Shown: piece after piece, positions 14,450 through 25,511 of the stretch
Layout of the letters: each line of letters begins with the position of its first letter
Numbering within the stretch: the stretch's first letter is position 1
Assembly: GCA_028826165.1 (NCBI GenBank)
Contig: JAPDFW010000059.1
Location: 930,001-994,000 of the forward strand
Length of the DNA stretch: 64,000 nt
Direction of reading: 5' to 3'
Source: Anaeramoeba ignava BMAN
Taxonomy: Eukaryota > Protista > Anaeramoebae
Made by a program: the position numbers and the translations under genes
Notes under the pieces: generated by a model
What the model saw: only the letters and a program-made list of their open reading frames with translations
The model's database searches: none
Told to the model about the DNA's origin: nothing

Positions 14450-15040
14450 ATTAATTTATTTCAAAAATAAAATAAAGATTATTAAATATTTAAATTTAAA
14501 ATTAATTCTAATTTATATATTTTATTAATAATTCTTTATTTAAAATAATATAAAATTAATTAAAATATTTAAATAAAATTAATAAAATATTTTAATTAAT
14601 TTATTTTAAAAAAAAAAAATAAAAAGATTATTAAATAGTTAAATTTAAAATTAATTCTAATTTATATATTTTATTAATAATTCTTTATTTAAAATAATGT
14701 AAAATTAATTAAAATATTTAAATAAAATTAATAAAATATTTTGATTAATTTTATTTCAAAAATGAAATAAAGATTATTAAATACTTAAATTTAAATTTAA
14801 TTCTAATTTATATATTTTATTAATAATTTCTTTATTTAAAATAATATAAAACTATTCAAAATATTTAAATAAAATTAATAAAATATTTTTATTAATTTAT
14901 TTCAAAAATAAAATAAAGATTATTAAATAATTAAATTTAAATTTAATTCTAATTTATATATTTTATTAATAATTCTTTATTTAAAATAATATAAAACTAT
15001 TCAAAATATTTAAATAAAATTAATAAAATATTTTAATTAA
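14450..15040. repeat. Satellite family B, about 4 units
   Basis: Same 145-146 bp unit as 10300-11815. Confidence 0.9.
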
Positions 15041-15320
15041 GATGAAAATTGAATTTTAATAATTTTTGATAATAAATTTTAATTGTTTTTTTCTTAAATT
15101 ATCTAATAGAAATAAATTTAAGTTTAATTATTATTAATTTCTATTTTCAATTCTTATTTTTATTTATTAGCTTGAAATTAAATTTTTATTAAAATTTTTA
15201 AATTAAAATTAAATTGTTTGAAATTAGATTTGTTTCCTATTTATTGATTCGAAGAATTTAATTTGATTAAAAGTAAATTAAAATAAAATCCAATCTCTCA
15301 AAAAAATAAGAAAAAAGTTC

Positions 15321-17093
15321 TTAAATGAAATAAGTCTCAAGTTCATCAACAACCCATGAATTAAAAGAACCAGCTAAATAACTTTTCCCTTTATTTGTTC
15401 CATAAGTAATTCCATTAGGTGGATTGTAACCCCAACCCATATTTGAATGACCACCTCTTAAATCATTCTTTAAAAATATATCTGGATGTCCACTTCCGAA
15501 CAATGGACCATATCTTATGTAAGAATGAATTGCCAAATGCTCTTTCCCTTGTTGAATTGTGAATTTCTCTGGATTTCTATTTCCTTCTCCATTTCTTAAT
15601 GAGAAAATAAAAGCATTTGAGTCTTTAATATCTCCTCCTGCTTTGTTTCCATGATCTTTAAACCACTTTGATTTATCATTTGTAAATCCAACTTGAGTGA
15701 AACCTCCAAAAATATAATTATCTTTTGTTTTGATAATAACTAATGTTTTTCCTTTATCATCACAAATTGAATGCCATTTTTTAGCTTTAAATCCATCTCT
15801 TTTTGCTGAAAATCCTTTTTTCATTTTAGAAAAAAAATCATTATCATTTATCCATTCTTGTAATTTCTTAACATATTCATTCTCTGTAACAATTTCTGAA
15901 TCTGAAAATTGAAGAGAAGTCTTGTTGATTTCTTCCATTTCATCAGAAATGGGCTTCATTTTCTGAATCTCTGTTTTCAAATCTTGATTTTCTTTTTCTT
16001 TCTTATTGATTTCCTTTTTCCACTTATCTTCAATTTCATTCTCTTTTTTATCAATTTCAATTTTCATTTTTTGAATCTCTTTTTCTTTGTTTTCAACTTC
16101 TTTCTTCCATTTCTCTTCAATTTCTTTGTTTTTATCTTCAATTTCTTTGTTTTTATCTTCAACTTCTTTCTTCCATTTATCTTCAATTTCAATTTTCATT
16201 TGTTGATTTTCTTTTTCTTTGTTTTCAATCTCCTTCTTCCATTTCTCTTGAATAACTTGTGTTTGAATATCAATTAAAAAAGATTTGGGAAGAAAAAAAT
16301 CAAATTGTTTTAATTTATCAAAATCTTGTTTTGAAATTGAATCTTTATCAAATAATGAAAAAAAAGAATGAAATAATCTTTTCTTTGCATTCATTTTGTT
16401 CTTAAATTTCCTTAATCTTGATGAATTAACTCTTTTTTCAATCCAATTATTTAAAAATTGAAAAAAATCAAATTGAAAAATTTCTTTTTTTTCTTGTTTA
16501 AATTGAATAAATTTGATAATTTCTTCTTTAGTTAAATTGAATAAATTTTCATTATTCTGAACTTGGGAAAAATTTTGATTTATTAATTCAAAACATTTTA
16601 TTTCAATTTCATTTAATTTTAAATTTCGATTTTGGAATAAAAATTGGAAAAAATTTGAATAATTAATTGAATTTGAAATTTTTTTTTGAATAATTTCTTT
16701 CAATAAATTTAATTTAAAATAAATTGAAATTTCCAATAATTGAAAAAGATTTTCTTGATTCTCAAAAGAAATATTTCCATAATAAATATAACTCAAAATT
16801 GATTCCATTTCTTTTTTATTAAATTGATTTAAAGAAATAAAAAGAGATTCTTGCCTTAATGATTCATTAAAAAAAGGAGATCTTGAAGATAAAATTGATT
16901 TATGAACTTTAATTTCAAAAGGATTTGATTTATTCTCAACAAAAATTGAAAAATCTTTAAATGAATTTCCATTTAAAAGGTTTGAATAATCTTTAATTAA
17001 ATTTTTTGTTACTTTTTTTTCTAAATTTTTCATTTCATTTTCATTTTGATTTTGATTTGCATTTCCAAATTGGTTATTGTTATTATTATCCAT
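15321..17093 (-). CDS. BTB - coiled coil - TLDc protein, copy 2 (intact, intronless)
   Basis: 590-aa ORF with BTB, KE-rich coiled-coil repeats and TLDc ending VVDELETYFI. Confidence 0.92.
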   Translation of the reverse strand: MDNNNNNQFGNANQNQNENEMKNLEKKVTKNLIKDYSNLLNGNSFKDFSIFVENKSNPFEIKVHKSILSSRSPFFNESLRQESLFISLNQFNKKEMESILSYIYYGNISFENQENLFQLLEISIYFKLNLLKEIIQKKISNSINYSNFFQFLFQNRNLKLNEIEIKCFELINQNFSQVQNNENLFNLTKEEIIKFIQFKQEKKEIFQFDFFQFLNNWIEKRVNSSRLRKFKNKMNAKKRLFHSFFSLFDKDSISKQDFDKLKQFDFFLPKSFLIDIQTQVIQEKWKKEIENKEKENQQMKIEIEDKWKKEVEDKNKEIEDKNKEIEEKWKKEVENKEKEIQKMKIEIDKKENEIEDKWKKEINKKEKENQDLKTEIQKMKPISDEMEEINKTSLQFSDSEIVTENEYVKKLQEWINDNDFFSKMKKGFSAKRDGFKAKKWHSICDDKGKTLVIIKTKDNYIFGGFTQVGFTNDKSKWFKDHGNKAGGDIKDSNAFIFSLRNGEGNRNPEKFTIQQGKEHLAIHSYIRYGPLFGSGHPDIFLKNDLRGGHSNMGWGYNPPNGITYGTNKGKSYLAGSFNSWVVDELETYFI

Positions 17094-17169
17094 TTTGTTT
17101 TTTGTTTTTGTTTTTGTTTTTTAAATAAAATTTGAAAAGAAAAAAATGAAAAAAAATTTTAATTTTTAT

Positions 17170-17760
17170 TTTTATTAATTTATTTTAAAAATAAAATAAA
17201 GATTATTAAATATTTAAATTTAAAATTAATTCTAATTTATATATTTTATTAATAATTCTTTATTTAAAATAATATAAAATTAATTAAAATATTTAAATAA
17301 AATTAATAAAATATTTTAATTAATTTATTTCAAAAATAAAATAAAGATTATTAAATAATTAAATTTAAAATTAATTCTAATTTATATATTTTATTAATAT
17401 TTCTTTATTTAAAATAATATAAAAATTATTTAAAATATTTAAATAAAATTAATAAAATATTTTAATTAATTTATTTTAAAAATAAAATAAAGATTATTAA
17501 ATAATTAAATTTAAAATTAATTCTAATTTATATATTTTATTAATATTCTTTTATTTAAAATAATATAAAATTATTCAAAATATTTAAATAAAATTAATAA
17601 AATATTTTGATTAATTTTATTTCAAAAATAAAATAAAGATTATTAAATAATTAAATTTAAAATTAATTCTAATTTATATATTTTATTAATATTTCTTTAT
17701 TTAAAATAATGTAAAACTATTTAAAATATTTAAATAAAATTAATAAAATATTTTAATAAA
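17170..17760. repeat. Satellite family B, about 4 units
   Basis: TTAATTCTAA anchor at 17226, 17371, 17517 and 17663. Confidence 0.9.
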
Positions 17761-18040
17761 GATGAAAATTGAATTTTAATAATTTTTGATAATAAATTTT
17801 AATTGTTTTTTTCTTAAATTACCTAATAGAAATGAATTTAAGTTTAATTATTATTAATTTCTATTTTCAATTTTTATTTTTATTTATTAGCTTGAAATTA
17901 AATTTTTATTAAAATTTTTAAATTAAAATTAAATTGTTTGAAATTAGATTTGTTTCCTATTTATTGTTTTGAAGAATTTAATTTGATTAAAAGTAAATTA
18001 AAATAAAATCCAATCTCTCAAAAAAATAAGAAAAAAGTTC

Positions 18041-19501
18041 TTAAATGAAATAAGTCTCAAGTTCATCAACAACCCATTTATTAAAAGAACCAGCTAAATA
18101 ACTTTTAGTTTGGTTTGTTCCATATTTAATTCCATCAGGCAAATTGTAACTTTTACCAAATTTTGAAACACCAGGCTGTAAACTGGAATTTAAGTATATA
18201 TCACCACTATAATATCGATCAGCTCCGAAGCAAGGACCAGCTCCTAAGTAATAATATATCGAATTTTGTTTTTTTCCTTTTTTAATTGTGAATTTCTCTG
18301 GATTTCTATTTCCTTCACCATTTCTTAATGAAAAAATAAATGAATTTGGATCACCAATCCATCCAATATTCCTAGAATTATAATTCCACTTTGATTTATC
18401 AGTTGTAAATCCAACTTGAGTGAAACCTCCAAAAATATAATTATCTTTTGTTTTGATAATAACTAATGTTTTTCCTTTATCATCAACTGCTTTATGCCAG
18501 TTTTGAGAAGAAAATCCATCTCTTTTTGCTGAAAATCCTTTTTTCATTTTAGAAAAAAAATCATTATCATTTATCCATTCTTTTAATTTGTTAATAGATT
18601 CATTTTCTGTAACAATTTCTGAATCAAATCTAAATCTTGATTTGAAAATGAATGATTTTTTGTTTTGATTTTCTTTTTCAATAAATTCTTGTAATTTTTT
18701 TTCATTTTTTTCTTCTTGAAGTTTTTGGAATTGAATTAATTTTTCTGAAATTTGATTTGGAATTAATTTTTCTTTCGAAATATCTTCGAGTTCTTGTTTT
18801 GAGAAATTAATAAATCTGATTTTATCAATAACATTTGAAATTTGGTTTTGTAATTTTTCTTTTTGTTGAATAATATTTGATTTATGTTTTCCCCATTTTA
18901 TTATTGATTGGAAAAGTTCAAATTCATTTATTGAAATATCATCATTTGATAATATTGAATTTAAATGATTTTCTTCAAGTTCAAGAAAATGAGAAGTTTT
19001 AATAAATTCTTCAAAATTTTCTAAAATAAATTTATAAGAAGAATCTAATAATTGATTTAAGTCCATTGATTCAGATAATTTAAGAACATCAACAACAGTT
19101 TTAATTTGTAAATTGTTTTTGATAAATTTTGAAGAAAATTCAATTAATTCATCAATTAAATATTTTGATGAAAAAATTAAAATTTGAATAGCATTTTCTA
19201 AATTAATTTCAATTTTTCCTGAATAAAAATAATTCAAAATTGAAGATAGGATTGAACTTGAAACATCTTTTAGAATCAATTTATTTTTTTGAGATTTTTT
19301 CATTTTTGAATTAAAAAGAGATTTAAAATATTCACTTCTTGAAGAAAGAATTGATTTATGAGTTTTAAATGAAGTTTTATTTTGTTCACAAATTATTTCA
19401 AAATCAAAATAACTCCCTTTTTCTTTTTCTTTTTGATTTTGATTTTGAAATAAATCTTTTAAATCATTTGAAAGTTTTTCTAAATTTGAATAAGTCTCCA
19501 T
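18041..19501 (-). CDS. BTB-BACK-TLDc protein, copy 3 (different N-terminus, same TLDc module)
   Basis: HKSILSSRSEYFKSLF BTB, BACK (EFELFQSIIKWG...IRF) and a TLDc scaffold nearly identical to copies 1 and 2. Confidence 0.92.
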   Translation of the reverse strand: METYSNLEKLSNDLKDLFQNQNQKEKEKGSYFDFEIICEQNKTSFKTHKSILSSRSEYFKSLFNSKMKKSQKNKLILKDVSSSILSSILNYFYSGKIEINLENAIQILIFSSKYLIDELIEFSSKFIKNNLQIKTVVDVLKLSESMDLNQLLDSSYKFILENFEEFIKTSHFLELEENHLNSILSNDDISINEFELFQSIIKWGKHKSNIIQQKEKLQNQISNVIDKIRFINFSKQELEDISKEKLIPNQISEKLIQFQKLQEEKNEKKLQEFIEKENQNKKSFIFKSRFRFDSEIVTENESINKLKEWINDNDFFSKMKKGFSAKRDGFSSQNWHKAVDDKGKTLVIIKTKDNYIFGGFTQVGFTTDKSKWNYNSRNIGWIGDPNSFIFSLRNGEGNRNPEKFTIKKGKKQNSIYYYLGAGPCFGADRYYSGDIYLNSSLQPGVSKFGKSYNLPDGIKYGTNQTKSYLAGSFNKWVVDELETYFI

Positions 19502-19674
19502 TTTTAATAAATTTGAAAAGAAAAAAATGAAAAAAATAATTTTAATTTTAATTTTGATTTTGATTTTAATTTTAATTTTAATTTTGATTTTAATTTTAAT
19601 TATTAAATTAATTTTGATTTTAATTTTAATTTTAGTTTTGATTTTAATTTTAATTTTGATTTTAATTTTAATTT

Positions 19675-21487
19675 TTAATTTTGATTATTAAATTTATTAA
19701 TTAATAAATCAAATAAATTTGGATTTGTTTGATTTAATTGAAAATAATCAATTCCTCTTTCTAATTCTTCAATTATTTCTTGTGTAATTTGAATTTCATC
19801 TTTAATTTGATTTGAATAAATCCAATATTCAAATATTTGAAATGATTTATTACTTAATTCACTATAATCTGTAACTTTATTAGAAGTATCATTTGTTACA
19901 GATAAAAACATTCCTCGATATAATTCACTTCTCATTATTAATATCAATTTAGGAAATTTATATTGTTTTTCTTTTCTTTCAATTATAAAATCTTTTTCAT
20001 TTTCATTTTCATTTAAATAAATTTTTTTCATTGTTTCTTCAGATTTTTTCATTTGAATTTATAATTTCTTTAATTTCAGAATATAATTTTGGATTTATTT
20101 TGGAATTATTTGAATAAATCATTTCAAATAATTGATTTGATTCTTTAATTGATTTATTTGAAATAATTTCTTGAAGTTTTTCAATTTGATTTTGATTTAA
20201 TCTATATTTCAATATTAATTTATGAGCTTCAATTATTTCTCCATTTTTGGTTTTAAATGAAATATCACAAAATTCTTTTCTTTGAAAAAGTTTTATCAAA
20301 TCTTCTTCAAGATTGGAAAAAGGACGAGGAGAATAATAAATAAATGAATTATCATATCCACAAGAAATATGATAATTAGAAATATCTTCATTAAATCTTA
20401 ATTTAGGAAGTTCAATTTGAATTGGAATTAATTGATTTTTTATATCTTCAGTTCCTAATTCACCATGAGCATTATATCCAAATCCAATTAATTTTGAATT
20501 AGAAGTTAAAATCAAAGTATGATATTGCCCACAAGAAAAATCAAGAATATAATCATCATTTTCAAATAAAGATGATTTGATTTCAGTAAATTCATAAGTA
20601 TCTTCATCTTCATCTTTGCCAAGTCCATTAACTTCCCAATTTCCACATGAATAAAGTTTTCTTTTTGGATTTTGATTTTGATTTTCATCTTCAATCAACA
20701 TTATTGAATGAATACTTCCACATTTAATATTAATTATTTTGCCTTTTGGAATATTTTGTATTTTGGTTAATTTTTGGATTTTTGTTTCTTGTTTTCTTGA
20801 TTCTCCTAATCCAAGTTGACCAAAGTTACTCCAACCACATCCAAATAATTCTTGATTTGAATCTAAAAGAAAAATATATGTTGAATTACCTCCTGAAAAT
20901 ATTTTAGAAACATTTTTCATCATTAAAATTGGTTTTTGTGTTTTTGGAAGTGTTTCAGAATCAAAACCAAGTTGACCTGAATGATTTAAGCCAATTCCAT
21001 AAGCATTTTGATTTGAAGTTAATAAGTAAAGTGCATTTCCGCCACAAGCAATATCTTCAATTATTCTATCATTTATATCTTCAATTAATGATGAAATATT
21101 GATAAATTCTTTTGAATTTTTTGGATTAATATCTTTTCCTTTTGCAAATACATTTCCTTCTGTTGTTAAAATAGCTACATTTTGATGACCAACAGATACT
21201 TTTTGAATATTTTCTTCAATTTGGATTTTTTTAGGATTTTGTTTTGAATCTCTTGAATATTGTTCATTTAAATATTCTATTGCTTTTCCATTTTTAAAAA
21301 GGAAAATTGTTGCAAAATAACTTGATGAAATTTGTTTAATTTGTTTTTCATTTTCATTTTCATTTTCATTTTCATTTTCATTTTCATCATTTTCAAATTT
21401 AAATTGAATTGGTTTTTTTATTTTATATGGTTCATTTTTGAAAAGTTTTGGATATTCATTTTGACCAAAAAATATAATTTCATTCAT
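19675..21487 (-). CDS. RCC1-repeat propeller + C-terminal BTB protein, copy A (+1 frameshift near 20042)
   Basis: GQLG, CG..HS and HTLIL RCC1 repeats. Two overlapping ORFs are collinear with intact 38983-40806; extra C in GAAAAAAT(C)TGAAGAA. Confidence 0.85.
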
Positions 21488-21540
21488 TTTTTGAAAAGAA
21501 AAAAAAATGAAAAAAATGAATTTAAATTTTAATTTTAATT

Positions 21541-23299
21541 TTAATTTTGATTATTAAATTTGTTAATTAATAAATCAAATAAATTTGGATTCGTTTGATT
21601 TAATTGAAAATAATCAATTCCTCTTTCTAATTCTTCAATTATTTCTTGTGTAATTTTAATTTCATTTTTAATTTGATTTGAATAAATCCAATATTCAAAT
21701 ATTTGGAAAGCTTCATTACTTAATTCACTATAATCTGTAACTTTATTAGATTTATCATTTGTTACAGATAAAAACATTCCTCGATATAATTCACTTCTCA
21801 TTATTAATATTAATTTAGGAAATTTATATTGTTTTTCTTTTCTTTCAATTATAAAATCTTTTTCATTTTCATTTTCATTTAAATAAATTTTTTTCATTGT
21901 TTCTTCAATTTTTTCATTTGAATTTATAATTTCTTTAATTTCAGAATATAATTTTGGATTTATTTTGGAATTATTTGAATAAATCATTTCAAATATTTGA
22001 TTTGATTCTTTAATTGATTTATTTGAAATAATTTTTTGAAGTTTTTCAATTTTGATTTTGATTTAATCTATATTTCAATATTAATTTATGAGCTTCAATT
22101 ATTTCTCCATTTTCTGTTTTAAATGAAATATTACAAAATTCTTTTCTTTCAAATAATTTTATCAAATCTTCTTCAAGATTGGAAAAAGGACGAGGAGAAT
22201 AATAAATAAATGATTTCTGATATCCACAAGAAATATGATAATTAGAAATATCTTCATTAAATCTTAACTTAGGAAGTTCAATTTGAATTGGAATTAATTG
22301 ATTTTTTGTATCTTCAGTTCCTAATTGACCATAAGCATTATATCCAAATCCAATTAATTTTGAATTGGATGTTAAAATCAAAGTATGATCATTTCCAACA
22401 GAAAAATCAATAATATTATCATCATTTTCAAATAAAGATGATTTGATTTCAGTAAATTCTCTTGTAAATAAACTTTTGCCAAGTCCGTTTAATTGATAAT
22501 TTCCACATGAATAAAGTTTTCTTTTTGGATTTTCATTTTGATTTTCAATCAACATTATTGAATAATCATTTCCACATTTAATATCAATTATTTTGCCTTT
22601 TGGAATATTTTGGATTTTGGTTAATTTTTGGATTTTTGTTTCTTCTTTTCTTGATTCTCCTAATCCAAGTTGACCTTTTTGATTCCAACCGCATCCAAAT
22701 AATTCTTGATTTGAATTTAAAATAAAAACATGATTTGAAGTATTTCCTGAAAATATTTTAGAAACATTTTTCATCATTAAAATTGGTTTTTCTGTTTTTG
22801 GAAGTGCTTTAGAATCAAAACCAAGTTGACCATATCTATTTGAACCAATTCCATAAGCATTTTGATTTGAAGTTAATAAGTAAATTGCATATCTTCCAGA
22901 AACAATATCTTGAATTATTCTATCATTTGTATCTTCAATTAATGATGAAATATTAATAAATTCTTTTGGATTATTTGGATTAATATCTTTTCCTTTTGCG
23001 AATACATTTCCTTCTTTTGTTAAAATAGCTTCATTTTGAACACCAACAGATACTTTTTGAATATTTTCTTCAATTTGGATTTTTTCAGGATTTTGATTTG
23101 AATCGTTTTTATTTAAATATTCTATTGCTTTTCCATTTTCAAAAAGGAAAATTGTTGAAAATCTTCCTGTTGAAATTTGTTTAATTTGTTTTTCATTTTC
23201 ATTTTCAAATTTAAATTGAATTGGTTTTTTGATTGCAAATTCTCCATTTTTGAAAAGTTTTGGATAATTATTCCAACCAAAAAATATAATTTCATTCAT
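21541..23299 (-). CDS. RCC1-BTB protein, copy B (+1 frameshift near 22050)
   Basis: Collinear with the intact paralogue; one extra A in CAAAATTGAA. Confidence 0.85.
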
Positions 23300-23432
23300 T
23301 TTTGAAATGAAAAAATGAATTTATAAAATTTTAATTTTAATTTTTATTTTAATTTTGGAATTTGATTTTGAATTTAATTTTGATTTTGATTTTTATAAAT
23401 CACAAAAAGAAAAAGAAAAAGAAAAAAAAGTT

Positions 23433-24401
23433 CTACATAGTTTCCATTAAAGAATTTTGATATTTTTCTTTAGTTTTAATCGAAATACGAAAATAAGGAG
23501 GAAGTAAATCATAAGCTAAAATCAAATCATTCAATTTCAATTCGTGTTGTTGGTGTTGTTGCTGCTTGGAAAAAAGCCAAGATTCAGCAGGAGAATCAAA
23601 TTCAGAATTTGATTTTTGGGAAGAATATTTTTTGGATTCTTGAATTGAAGGCAAAGTTCTAAAATCCAAATTTGAATCCAATTGAAAATATAATTGAGAA
23701 TTCAATTGCGAATTCAATTGAGAAATTTTTGGGAAATTTTCATTTTCTGACAAATTTTGGTTTTGTCCAGAAATATCCATTCTCTCAAAATCATATTTGA
23801 TTTGCGAATATTCGCGGGAGGTTGAGAAATCAAGTTCCAGAGGAGCTTTTGAAGTGACATTTGCCAAAGTGATGATTTTTGTTAAAAATGATTGTAAATA
23901 TTTAGCAACAAGTAAATGGGAATTAATACTGAATCTTTCCATTCCTTTTTCCTTCGCAAAAAAAGCCATTCTGCGCTTGATCCTTTCCAGATCTATCACT
24001 CTTGTATGCACCATTTTGGAGTTTTCTTGGTCGATTCTATCCAACCGAATTTCCCGAATTGAAATAAAATGACTTGAATAAACTTTCATTTGGTTTTCAT
24101 TAGTATTTTCAATTTGCGTTGGATAGGGGGGTTGTGTGATATTGCCCACTTGCTCCTGGCTAATACGCTGATTTGCATTAAATAGAATCGACATTATAAG
24201 CCGATTATGGAATCTTACTGCTTTCTTTTTTTTATTTCGATCATTCTTTAATAGTTTTTTCAATAATGTTTGTAATTCTTCTATTGAAATTTCTGCCTTC
24301 ATTAATAATTGGAAATGTTTCCAATATTCTGAGAATTGTGTTTTAAGGAGATCTTGAAGTTGCTTCTTAAAATATTGTATATTGATTTTTTGTAATTCCA
24401 T
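23433..24401 (-). CDS. TADA1: SAGA subunit Ada1/TADA1-like protein
   Basis: YW..F..LMKAEISIEE...FHNRLIMSILFNA N-terminal motif and a histone-fold-like IKRRMAFFAKEKGM segment. Confidence 0.65.
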   Translation of the reverse strand: MELQKINIQYFKKQLQDLLKTQFSEYWKHFQLLMKAEISIEELQTLLKKLLKNDRNKKKKAVRFHNRLIMSILFNANQRISQEQVGNITQPPYPTQIENTNENQMKVYSSHFISIREIRLDRIDQENSKMVHTRVIDLERIKRRMAFFAKEKGMERFSINSHLLVAKYLQSFLTKIITLANVTSKAPLELDFSTSREYSQIKYDFERMDISGQNQNLSENENFPKISQLNSQLNSQLYFQLDSNLDFRTLPSIQESKKYSSQKSNSEFDSPAESWLFSKQQQHQQHELKLNDLILAYDLLPPYFRISIKTKEKYQNSLMETM

Positions 24402-24824
24402 ACAAAATAAATTTTCTTTTTTTTTTCTTTCGTTGGTTTTTTTTTTTAAAAAAAAAAGGAATTTGTTTTTTTTATCAATTAAAGTTGTGAATTAAAGTTG
24501 TAAATCAAAAATCACACAATAAAATGATATTATTTTGAATTGAAAAAAAAAAAAGAAAAGAAAAGGGGGAAGAAAAAGAAAAAGAAAAAGAAAAAAGAAA
24601 GAAATAAAAAGAAAAATGAAAATTGAAAATTGAAAATCTTTTAAAAGAAAAAAAAATTATTTTTTAAATTAAAATTAAAATTAAAATTAAAATTAAAATT
24701 TGATCTTTCTTTTTTCTTTTAAATTTCGTTTGATCTAAGTTTAATTTTCTTTTTATTTTTCATTTATTCATCTTTTTTTTTAATTAGCAAAAAAAAGACA
24801 AGAAAAGAAAAGGAAAATGAAAAA

Positions 24825-25454
24825 CTAAATTTTTTCCATTTCTTTTTTCAATAATTCAAATATTTTATCATAAACATTAATTGAATAAGTACTAAAAATT
24901 GATTTAAATTGATCATGACCAAAATTACAAGAATCAATAGGATTTTCTAAATTTCGATCTTTGATTTTTGGATCAGCACCAATTTTCAATAAAAAATAAA
25001 CCAATCTTAAGTGTCCATAAAGTGCTGCATTATGAAGTGCTGTTCTTCCTATTTTATCTTTTAAGTTAACTGATATTCCTTGTTTAAGAATCCATTGAAT
25101 TAGTTTGATATTTCCAACACTACTTGAAATATGAAGAGGAGTTTCTCCATTTTTATCTTGTTCTTCAAGATCCAATCCTGTTTTTATAAGAATTTCCATT
25201 ATTTCAATATATTGATCTGTGTTTTGGTAGTCATATTTGAGTAAATATTGTTTGAGTTGATTGATATCAATATTTTGAATTTGAATTTGATTTTCTATTT
25301 TTATTTCATTTTGATTTTGATTTTGATTTTCTATTTTTATTTCATTTTGATTTTGATTTTTGATTTTGATTTTGATTTTGATTTTGATTTTGATTTTGAT
25401 TTTGATTTTGATTTTGATTTTGATTTTGATTTTGATTTTGATTTTGATTTTCTA

Positions 25455-25511
<57 letters not shown>

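Noticed and set aside
15480-15496. GT...AG (GTGGACATCCAG) within the loop of TLDc copy 2 at the same donor position
   Set aside because: Only 12 nt, too short to be an intron, and the frame is open; likely coincidence
12097-23299. Diversity-generating retroelement as the source of hypervariability
   Set aside because: No reverse transcriptase or template repeat is visible, and the variation includes indels and is not adenine-specific
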